Below are positions 57,193-64,000 of a DNA stretch of 64,000 bases, one piece after another. The notes below the pieces were generated by a model, which saw nothing but the letters and a program-made list of their open reading frames with translations, was not told the origin of the DNA and ran no database searches. Every line of letters begins with the position of its first letter. Position 1 is the stretch's first letter. Location of the stretch: the sequence record MK773491.1. The stretch is one strand, 5' to 3'. The translations under genes were made by a program, and so were the position numbers.

Positions 57193-57671
57193 ATATTAAG
57201 CATATCCAACTTTCCTTCTTTTATTAATTTTCTGGCTTGGTTGGCTCTTTTTTTAACATTACTCTCAGGAATTACCCCAAATGACTCTAAAATATCACAT
57301 TGTTGTTTAGCTGGTAACGCTTTATACTTTTTAACATCAATTGAAAGTGCAGTATGGTGAATTACCATCTCTTCTTCAGGTATATTTCCATTTCTCTCTA
57401 GATAATCTGCTAAATTTCGTAAGATTTCTGGTAGTGATTTATCAGTTAAATGTTTCATGTACCTATTAAAGCTATTTGTCACCTTTCCTTCCCATGCATT
57501 GCACTCATTTTGTAGTACTTCACGACAATGCTGGTGGCCTTGGTGATAGTGATCAAGTACTGGTTTGGTTATCAGTTCTTTTGTTATAGGATCTATTCCC
57601 TTTTGTTTTTTTAGGAGTTCGTTGCGATACTTTGCAGCATCTTTAGAATCCTTTAAGCGTTTTTTTGCCAT
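57177..57671 (-). CDS. gp49: Endonuclease VII-like Holliday junction resolvase
   Basis: Q.G.DPI......VLDH.H...CR.VL...CN..EGK His-Me finger. The first Zn cysteines are replaced. Confidence 0.8.
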   Translation of the reverse strand: MAKKRLKDSKDAAKYRNELLKKQKGIDPITKELITKPVLDHYHQGHQHCREVLQNECNAWEGKVTNSFNRYMKHLTDKSLPEILRNLADYLERNGNIPEEEMVIHHTALSIDVKKYKALPAKQQCDILESFGVIPESNVKKRANQARKLIKEGKLDMLNIKKGS

Positions 57672-57703
57672 ATAAAGTACTTCTCCAAAATTTTAATACT
57701 ATG

Positions 57704-57709
57704 TATTTA
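57704..57709 (-). promoter_or_regulatory. Late promoter (TAAATA) for endonuclease VII
   Basis: ~33 nt upstream of the ATG, back-to-back with promoter copy 5. Confidence 0.6.
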
Positions 57710-57715
57710 CGATTC

Positions 57716-57746
57716 TTGGGACAAACAGCAAAAAGTGTGATATAAT
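57716..57746 (+). promoter_or_regulatory. TTGGGACAAA / TGTGATATAAT promoter (copy 5) with no downstream CDS
   Basis: Same consensus as the other four copies, followed by a structured non-coding region. Confidence 0.85.
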
Positions 57747-57751
57747 ATAGA

Positions 57752-58202
57752 TACAACTCAGTGTGGATGTGAAAGCATACAAATCAAACCTGATTCACTC
57801 GAAAATGTAGAGGACAGATGAGCAGACCACACGTGCGAAGTGCAAATGAGACCCGTTAGGAGATGGCATAGTTAGTACCACCCACGGCAATGCGGCACTA
57901 TAAACAAGCGTGTTAAGCAGATTGACGCTTGCTAGATAGACATATGAGGGACGACCTTACCACATTGCTAAGGGAGTTCAATTTGAGGCTGGCTTTAGAT
58001 CCGTCTTGAATTTGAACAACATTAAGATTCGATTGTATGGATTTTAATGTATGCGTACTAAGACTACGACCGTTGCACATGACCGTGATAGAGAGAAACA
58101 GAGCAACCCGCTTTCGTTCTGACTAGTTCAGAAATTCACGATACAATAATTCCGATGCTATCAGCGTCAAGCAATATTCAGATCCTTAATTGGGTCTTTT
58201 TT
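57752..58202 (+). ncRNA. Putative ~450-nt structured non-coding RNA of unknown class
   Basis: Dedicated promoter, no ORF above the track cutoff, ~43% GC by hand count, at least eight helices and a terminator-like hairpin with T6. Confidence 0.65.
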
Positions 58203-58208
58203 ATTGTC

Positions 58209-58232
58209 TTCATTCCCCTATGGGGGGATGAA
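58209..58232. other. C4/G6 hairpin
   Basis: TTCATTCCCC-TATG-GGGGGATGAA. Confidence 0.7.
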
Positions 58233-58260
58233 ATTGCCTCAACAAATCTCGTCAAGATAT

Positions 58261-58400
58261 AAAAGTACAAATAATAAAATTCAATCATTAAAATGAATTG
58301 AAATTATGAATAACGAATGAAATGAGTTATGAATAATTGAAAATTCTTAGACAATCGAAGATTGGCTAATCAACATAAATGATTAGAAATTTAGATACAA
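58261..58400. repeat. AT-rich, A-skewed tract with TTATGAATAA direct repeats and small inverted repeats
   Basis: 21% GC (58261-58380). TTATGAATAA at 58304 and 58327. CTAATCA/TGATTAG hairpin. Confidence 0.65.
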
Positions 58401-58424
58401 AAAAACCAGCAATAAATGCTGGTT
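58398..58424 (-). terminator. Terminator for the leftward gp26/gp51-like transcript
   Basis: Minus strand AACCAGCA-TTTAT-TGCTGGTT followed by a T tract. Confidence 0.8.
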
Positions 58425-58641
58425 AGTTTTTATTTTCTTTTGAAACTTTTTTGTTATATGCACGAACCAGAAGATCCCTTTCATTTGTTGGCATATTAAG
58501 TAGCATCTCATAGGAAGTGTTAGTGATATAGACAGATATTTCCATTAGAGCCGCTTTGATCTCTTTAACATTCAGTTCCATATCACTAAGCACTTGTCTT
58601 ATTTCTTCTGGTTTGGCAATGAGAAGCTGAATCCGAAAAAA
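58423..58641 (-). CDS. Unannotated gp51-like reading frame, probably reached by -1 frameshift from gp26
   Basis: Open from the slippery site to TAA at 58423 (FFRIQLLIAKPEEIRQVLSDMELNVKEIKAALMEISVYITNTSYEMLLNMPTNERDLLVRAYNKKVSKENKN). It ends exactly at the terminator. Confidence 0.7.
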   Translation of the reverse strand, partial: FFRIQLLIAKPEEIRQVLSDMELNVKEIKAALMEISVYITNTSYEMLLNMPTNERDLLVRAYNKKVSKENKN

Positions 58642-59474
58642 TTAGATGGATCATAACGTAGTTTGTCAATTTCCCATTGATGGTGACACTCAGAGCATTC
58701 AACATCCATTTTATGACTAATACCAATTTCTTGTAACTCATCTGAAGTTTCACGTACTTCTTTAAGTGTATTTTTTGGTAAAGAACTTACCCATTCCGTG
58801 ATAAATTCATCTTCATTGACGATTTCACCATCAGGTGTTTCAATTTTATCAATACTTTTAACAATCATGTCAAAGTTCAATTGTGTCATTGCTTCAAACA
58901 CTTCAGCAAACATTTTCTTCTTCTCTTCAAGAATTTCTTCTTCATCACCTTCCATAAAGTCAATCATTTCTGCTTTCTTTTGTTCTTGAAACATACGTTG
59001 ACCGAAATCACTGTATTCTTCCCAAGTATAAGGTTTAAAGTACACTTTAAGACCATTTGAAAGTTCAACTATTGGTTGTTTTTCAAAATATGTCATAGTG
59101 TCTAGAAGATTTTGTAGATTACGGTGGAACGCACCTTCATGACCACATTCAGGACAAGTAGTTTGAATTTCATAATCTTCTTCTTTGGAAGCTACTTTAA
59201 TAGCGATCATTAATTGTTCTACGTCATTAACAAAAAGTTTACCTGCGTCATTAACACCGGGAACACAGTTCTCAATAACTTTAATTATTGCATCACCACC
59301 AATTAGTGCATCTGGTGTATTAAGCATAATTTCATCACGTGCAGAACGTGCACATACTCCTAACTTAATACTTTCTAGTACTTCTTTATCGTACTTAATT
59401 ACATTGTTACTTGAAAGTTTAACAAAGATTTCTTCAATCTTAGTATATTTCGATAGTGGGTTCATTTTACTCAT
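58599..59474 (-). CDS. gp26: Baseplate hub assembly protein / tail chaperone (gp26-like)
   Basis: NPLSKY.K...FVKL.S, ARDEIML..PDAL, D...L..AIK.AS, CPECGH and CSECHH Zn motifs, C-terminal NFF. Confidence 0.85.
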   Translation of the reverse strand: MSKMNPLSKYTKIEEIFVKLSSNNVIKYDKEVLESIKLGVCARSARDEIMLNTPDALIGGDAIIKVIENCVPGVNDAGKLFVNDVEQLMIAIKVASKEEDYEIQTTCPECGHEGAFHRNLQNLLDTMTYFEKQPIVELSNGLKVYFKPYTWEEYSDFGQRMFQEQKKAEMIDFMEGDEEEILEEKKKMFAEVFEAMTQLNFDMIVKSIDKIETPDGEIVNEDEFITEWVSSLPKNTLKEVRETSDELQEIGISHKMDVECSECHHQWEIDKLRYDPSNFFGFSFSLPNQKK

Positions 59475-59489
59475 AAGGACTCCATATAA

Positions 59490-59495
59490 TAAATA
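59490..59495 (+). promoter_or_regulatory. Late promoter (TAAATA) for the tape measure-portal operon
   Basis: ~30 nt upstream of the ATG. Confidence 0.55.
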
Positions 59496-59509
59496 ATTCT
59501 ATATAATTT

Positions 59510-59517
59510 TATTTATA
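59510..59517 (-). promoter_or_regulatory. Late promoter (TATAAATA) for gp26
   Basis: Exact T4 late consensus on the minus strand, face-to-face with the promoter at 59490. Confidence 0.6.
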
Positions 59518-59521
59518 AGGA

Positions 59522-61756
59522 ATGTATATGGCAATTGATAACAGTTATGTCTTGACGCAAATACTTCAAGAACAAACAAAAGCAAATGACCATTTATCAA
59601 CCATGCGTGAACTATTGGCAGATAGTTTAAAATTACAACAGAAACAGTCCAAAAAAGGAAATAATGGCTCCGGTGATAACGGAAGTAGTGATGATTCTAG
59701 TGGAAGCGGTGGTGGTAGTGGTGGAGATAGACGCCGAAGAGGTGGAAGACGAGATCCACAACCAAACTCTAAAAAACTATTTAAGCAATTATTCGGTGAA
59801 ATGAAAAATTTCACAAGAACCACACTTGGTAATAGTGCCACTGCATCAAACGTAGTAGGCTCTCTAGGGACTAGCTTAGGATCTTTGGGTAGTTCCCTTA
59901 AAATGATCCCCGGCCCCGTAGGAGCGGCAGCAACAGCGTTCACTGCTATTGTTGATGTTGGTATGAAAGTCTATGATTACATGAATGAACAACTTAACAT
60001 GTATAACCAATTAAACAGTGCCGGGTTAACACTTCGGGATGGTATGTTAACTGCTCGTGCTGCTTCATCTAAGTCTTTTATGAGTTTAAATGAATTTAAC
60101 GAAGCAATTCAACGTAACAGTACAACAATTGCTGCTATGGATGGTCAATACGGTGATGGTGTTGTGCATTTTGCTGATTTAATGAATTCTGTACAACAAT
60201 TACAGCAAGTTAATGGTCTTTATGGTGTATCCCAACAACAATTAGCAGACATTACGGCTAAAAACTTTAAATTCCAAAAACTATATGAATCACAGAACGC
60301 ATTAAGAAGTATTAATCAGTCTCAAAGTACTTCAGAATTTGTAAACCAAATGACATATCTAAGTAAAACTGTTGGTAAATCAGTAGATGAATTATTAGGT
60401 AAATTTGATTCAATGGGCGAAACACTCGATAGTACAGTAACACAGTTTGCAATGACTGATAATTGGGGATTTGACCCAGATAAAGCCGCAGAAGTGACAA
60501 AAACTATGAATAGTGTATATTCGAGCATGGGTGAAACTGGACAGATTCTACAAAAAATTAATGCTTCTAGAATTTCATTATTCCAATTACCTGATGAATA
60601 TAATAACCAGTTTATGCAAGGTTATGCAGATATGATGGAAAGTTTGCAACGATCTGGTGTTACTGATGCTAAAGTTGTTCGTGAAACAATGGCAAAATAC
60701 GTCAAAGAGCATGAAGAACAATTGAGATTGGAATTAATTGCACAACAACGGTCTGGAAATGTTCAAGCAGCAGCACTATTAACTCAAATACGAAACCAAG
60801 AAAAATTATTCAATGATAGTAACACCACAACCAATGCACAATTAGAACAGTACACAAATAATTTTAATATGTGGATTAGTAAAACATTTACTCAACCATT
60901 TAACGAAATGTATACTAAAATGCAGTTGGGAGCTATGAAGTACTTAAGTGACCTAGCTGATCGTTCAGATGGAGCTTTTGATTTTCTTGCTAATATTGTC
61001 AAAGATGGTTATATGTATTTTAATTCATCAATGTCTGGTATGTTTGGTGTTTTATTGGATATCCCAGCAGAGTTGAGTAAAATAATTTTGGGTGACCAAT
61101 ATGATAAGATAAAAGGTGCTTTTGATAATATGATGGGGGATATTATTCAAATTCCTGCCAGAATTGGTTCCCTAATATGGGATTGGTTAACTGGTAGTGA
61201 TATGGATAAATCAAAAGAGCAACTTCAAGGTACAATTCATAATGTATTTTCTGATTTTAATAATTTTTGGGACAAACTCTCCAATGTTAAATTAAACGCA
61301 GATGATATTAAGAAACGCATGAAGGATGTTTTCGATAGCGTTAAAAAATCTCTAACTGGATGGTGGGATACCGCTAAAAGTTGGTTCAGTAGTGATGATC
61401 CAATTCCAAAAGAGGCACAAAAACAAGGAAAAAACACTCCACCAACAGCGTTGATAAATACAAATGCTACACAGGCACAGCAAACAGTTGTTGCATCAAA
61501 TAAACCGCAACAACCACCAGTACTAGCGGAACCACCGCAGTCTAAGCCTGAACGTATTTCTGAAGAAGCTAAAAAATCCGAAGAGAAAAGCCAACAACCA
61601 CAAGTACAAGCTCCATTATTCAATTATGATGAAGCTATGCTTGCTCAATTAAAAGCAATATCCAGTGCATTGGATGCAACTAATAGTGGCAATCAGCAAG
61701 TGGCACAGCTTCTTCGTCAAATTTCCGAAAATACTGAAGTAGGAAGACAAACTTAA
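59522..61756 (+). CDS. Tape measure protein candidate (gp29-like)
   Basis: 744 aa, predicted helical, Q/A/M-rich, with a Gly/Ser linker and hydrophobic stretches. Adjacent to the gp26 chaperone. Start may be 59528. Confidence 0.7.
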   Translation: MYMAIDNSYVLTQILQEQTKANDHLSTMRELLADSLKLQQKQSKKGNNGSGDNGSSDDSSGSGGGSGGDRRRRGGRRDPQPNSKKLFKQLFGEMKNFTRTTLGNSATASNVVGSLGTSLGSLGSSLKMIPGPVGAAATAFTAIVDVGMKVYDYMNEQLNMYNQLNSAGLTLRDGMLTARAASSKSFMSLNEFNEAIQRNSTTIAAMDGQYGDGVVHFADLMNSVQQLQQVNGLYGVSQQQLADITAKNFKFQKLYESQNALRSINQSQSTSEFVNQMTYLSKTVGKSVDELLGKFDSMGETLDSTVTQFAMTDNWGFDPDKAAEVTKTMNSVYSSMGETGQILQKINASRISLFQLPDEYNNQFMQGYADMMESLQRSGVTDAKVVRETMAKYVKEHEEQLRLELIAQQRSGNVQAAALLTQIRNQEKLFNDSNTTTNAQLEQYTNNFNMWISKTFTQPFNEMYTKMQLGAMKYLSDLADRSDGAFDFLANIVKDGYMYFNSSMSGMFGVLLDIPAELSKIILGDQYDKIKGAFDNMMGDIIQIPARIGSLIWDWLTGSDMDKSKEQLQGTIHNVFSDFNNFWDKLSNVKLNADDIKKRMKDVFDSVKKSLTGWWDTAKSWFSSDDPIPKEAQKQGKNTPPTALINTNATQAQQTVVASNKPQQPPVLAEPPQSKPERISEEAKKSEEKSQQPQVQAPLFNYDEAMLAQLKAISSALDATNSGNQQVAQLLRQISENTEVGRQT

Positions 61757-61772
61757 TTGGAGACTTATATTA

Positions 61773-63518
61773 ATGAGTTGGAGAAGACAGATGACAACTG
61801 CGAGGTCGAAAGTATCTACCTCCAGTATAGAACAAAATAAAGCCAGTACTGCTAAAAGTACTGGTTCTAAATCTAACTATGCTTCGTACTTACCAGTTGT
61901 TTATACTGGTTTGTCAAACCGCACAGATAGATATCGTCAATATGAACAAATGGATCAAGACCCTGAAATAAGAACATCACTAGATATTATTGCAGACTTT
62001 TGTACTCAAAGTACTGAAGATTTTGGTCTACCATTTAAAATTAGATATAAAGATAAAATAGGTGATTCAGAAGTAACAACTTTAGAAGATCGTTTGGAAT
62101 CGTGGGCTGAACAAAACGATTTTAAAACCAGAATTTATGAAATTGTTCGTGGTCTACTAAAATACGGAGATCAGTTCTTTGTACGTGACCCAGAAACAAT
62201 GGAATGGATTTGGGTAAACCCTGCAAACGTTGAAGGTGTTTTTGTTAACGAAGAAACAGGTAAAAATCCAGTAGCTTATTTTATCCGGGATATTTCTTTT
62301 AATATGCGTGATAAAGTAATGTCAAACTTGCAAATTGGTTTTGATAAAATGGCATATCCGGGATCATTACCTAATGCATTGAGTGGTTCTGCTAGTCAAT
62401 TCGGTGGAATGGGTGGTGGTTATGCTAATGCTGGTAATGCACAAAGTGCTGATCCGTTTAGTATGGCTGCTGGTCGTAAAGATGTTCTTCCTGTAGCGGC
62501 AGAACACGTAGTTCACCTAACACTAAATACAGGACAAGATCCAGTGTGGCCTTTTGGTACTAGTATTCTTGAATATGTCTTTAAAGTTTATAAACAAAAA
62601 GAACTTCTAGAAGATAGTATCATCATCTATCGTGTACAACGTGCTCCAGAACGCCGTGTATTTAAAATTGATGTTGGTGAAATGCAAACTCACCAAGCAA
62701 TGGCATATGTTGAAAGATTTAAAAATGAAATCCACCAGCGTCGTATACCTTCTAATAAAGGTGGTAGTACTTCATTGATGGATGCAGCTTATAACCCATT
62801 AAGTATTTTAGAAGACTATTTCTTCCCTCAATCTTCGGAAGGTCGTGGTAGTTCAGTCGAAACTCTACCGGGTGGTGATAACTTGGGTCAAATTGATGAC
62901 TTGCGTTATTTTAACAATAAATTGATTCGTGGTTTACAAATTCCAGCTTCATATCTACCACAGGGGCCAGATGATGGCGGGGTGGCTTTATTTGGAGATG
63001 GTGCAACCCAAGCAATGACCAGTGAATTGCGTTTTAACAACCAATGTATGCGTTATCAGCGTTTAATCGCCAAAGTTTTCGATATGGAATTTAAACGTTA
63101 TATGGTTAAGAATGGTTATAGTATTAGTGCTTCATCTTTTGAAGTAATCTTTAACCCACCAATTAACTTCGCTTCATATCGTAAAGCAGAATTGGATGCA
63201 AAACTAATTAGTACTTACATGTCGCTAGACGGACTTCCATATATTGCTAAACAAACAATTCTCAAGAAAATGGGCTTTGAACAAAGTGATATTGTTGAGA
63301 ACGAACAAAACTGGCTCATGGAAAATCCTGATGCATTATCATCAGCACAGAGTGGTGAACAGGCAGGATTGAAATCGGTCGGAATCGATGCTCCTAATGA
63401 TCCGGGAATGGATTTAGGTATGGATGAAGAAGGTAATATGGAAAGTGCTGATAAAGAATTCCAAGATATGGTTCAAAACGATGATTTTAACCCTAATAAT
63501 TTAGGCAATTCTTTCTAA
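61773..63518 (+). CDS. gp20: Portal vertex protein
   Basis: MDQDPEI...LDIIAD, LLEDSIIIYRVQRAPERRVFKIDVG, EDYFFP..EGRGSSVETLPGG.NLGQIDDLRYFNNKL.RGLQIP. Confidence 0.97.
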   Translation: MSWRRQMTTARSKVSTSSIEQNKASTAKSTGSKSNYASYLPVVYTGLSNRTDRYRQYEQMDQDPEIRTSLDIIADFCTQSTEDFGLPFKIRYKDKIGDSEVTTLEDRLESWAEQNDFKTRIYEIVRGLLKYGDQFFVRDPETMEWIWVNPANVEGVFVNEETGKNPVAYFIRDISFNMRDKVMSNLQIGFDKMAYPGSLPNALSGSASQFGGMGGGYANAGNAQSADPFSMAAGRKDVLPVAAEHVVHLTLNTGQDPVWPFGTSILEYVFKVYKQKELLEDSIIIYRVQRAPERRVFKIDVGEMQTHQAMAYVERFKNEIHQRRIPSNKGGSTSLMDAAYNPLSILEDYFFPQSSEGRGSSVETLPGGDNLGQIDDLRYFNNKLIRGLQIPASYLPQGPDDGGVALFGDGATQAMTSELRFNNQCMRYQRLIAKVFDMEFKRYMVKNGYSISASSFEVIFNPPINFASYRKAELDAKLISTYMSLDGLPYIAKQTILKKMGFEQSDIVENEQNWLMENPDALSSAQSGEQAGLKSVGIDAPNDPGMDLGMDEEGNMESADKEFQDMVQNDDFNPNNLGNSF

Positions 63519-63521
63519 GAC

Positions 63522-63527
63522 TAAATA
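63522..63527 (+). promoter_or_regulatory. Late promoter (TAAATA)
   Basis: Immediately after the portal stop, followed by a hairpin and an AGGAG RBS. Confidence 0.55.
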
Positions 63528-63571
63528 ACAATGATGAGTTCACTTCGACTAAGAAGTGAACACATTAGGAG

Positions 63572-63814
63572 ATGTATATGTTAAATGAACTTTTTGAATC
63601 TAGAAATGATTCAATGTACGATCCAGAAGATGATCAAACTGTGTATAAGCTAACTGATACACGTAAACCAAAATTAACTTTAAAAGTACTAAACAATTTA
63701 CGAAAGTATCGTGAATTTAAAGCTAATGAAGAAGAGAAACGTGCTCAGGTTGTAGCAGTAGTATATGCACCTGCACCTTCTGATGACGGCGGCGATATGG
63801 GCGGCTTAATGTAA
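63572..63814 (+). CDS. Small hypothetical protein (head-core region)
   Basis: AGGAG RBS (start 63578 likely). MLNELFE...RKPKLTL..LN.LRK. Confidence 0.75.
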   Translation: MYMLNELFESRNDSMYDPEDDQTVYKLTDTRKPKLTLKVLNNLRKYREFKANEEEKRAQVVAVVYAPAPSDDGGDMGGLM

Positions 63815-63853
63815 AAAATCCGTTTTTAAAGCTCTTTTTGAAAACGGATTTTT
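63814..63853 (+). terminator. Terminator hairpin
   Basis: AAAAATCCGTTTT-N14-AAAACGGATTTTT. Confidence 0.7.
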
Positions 63854-63859
63854 AGTACG

Positions 63860-63867
63860 TATAAATA
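63860..63867 (+). promoter_or_regulatory. Late promoter (TATAAATA)
   Basis: Exact T4 late consensus upstream of the GGAGG RBS and ATG at 63914. Confidence 0.7.
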
Positions 63868-63913
63868 ATGACATACTTAATTTAAAAAATTTGTATATCT
63901 ATTGGAGGATATA

Positions 63914-64000
63914 ATGGCAAATAAAAAACTATTGCAAGAAGCAATTCAGGCTTTTGCTAACAACGAACAAGACCTAGCTGCTAAGAAAATGCGTAAGTAT
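63914..64000 (+). CDS. Probable prohead core protein, N-terminus (truncated by window edge)
   Basis: MANKKLLQEAIQAFANNEQDLAAKKMRKY with a strong RBS, in the T4 gp67/gp68 position after the portal. Confidence 0.55.
   Translation, partial: MANKKLLQEAIQAFANNEQDLAAKKMRKY

Noticed and set aside
57789-57805. CTGATTCA...GAAA resembling a hammerhead ribozyme core
   Set aside because: It does not match CUGAnGA, and the required three flanking stems are not evident.
57819-58009. Tiny ORFs inside the ncRNA candidate (MSRPHVRSANETR after GAGGA; MRDDLTTLLREFNLRLALDPS)
   Set aside because: They are 13-21 codons long, lack the phage codon bias and overlap strong helices. Translation cannot be fully excluded without ribosome profiling.
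57752-58202. Assignment of the RNA as tmRNA, RNase P RNA, tRNA cluster or group I/II intron
   Set aside because: No tRNA-like acceptor or T-arm, no tag reading frame, no GAGGAAAGUCC, no domain V or P7 motifs, and it does not interrupt a gene.
61267-61276. Sixth TTGGGACAAA match
   Set aside because: It lies inside the tape-measure CDS (F-W-D-K) with no TGTGATATAAT at the right distance, so it is probably a chance match.

Overview
This 64-kb window is a segment of a low-GC jumbo myophage genome with T4-like morphogenesis genes. The gene set and order resemble the RaK2/GAP32/PBECO4-type enterobacterial jumbo phages (inferred, not confirmed by a search). From left to right it holds the 3' end of the tail sheath gene, three tail-tube paralogs, a gp4 head-completion nuclease, a cluster of acidic putative head proteins, a MoxR AAA+/VWA pair, a SLOG protein and thymidylate synthase. 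Next come fibre/virion genes, a NUDIX hydrolase, gp15 and gp14 neck/tail-completion genes, a ClpA-like unfoldase and the baseplate module (3342-aa protein, gp6, gp25, lysozyme, gp5-like spike, hub, gp53). It ends with the gp55 late sigma factor, gp47/gp46, endonuclease VII, a gp26-like hub chaperone, a tape-measure candidate, the portal and the start of the head-core genes. The main observations not explained by the ORF track are: (1) a ~450-nt GC-enriched, heavily base-paired non-coding RNA candidate (57752-58202) with its own promoter, followed by a G6 hairpin and a 21%-GC repeat tract that looks like an origin; (2) a canonical T TTT TTC -1 slippery site at the end of gp26 that opens a 71-codon gp51-like frame, resembling the lambda G/GT tail-chaperone frameshift; (3) a five-copy promoter class, TTGGGACAAA-N9/10-TGTGATATAAT, ahead of non-structural units, alongside 17 TAAATA late promoters; (4) a spike protein with a C-terminal degenerate M23 domain and lysozyme; (5) a ClpA whose ClpP-docking loop has changed; (6) strong CCWGG avoidance and CTA-Leu preference. 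I saw no tRNA, CRISPR array, intron or transposase.
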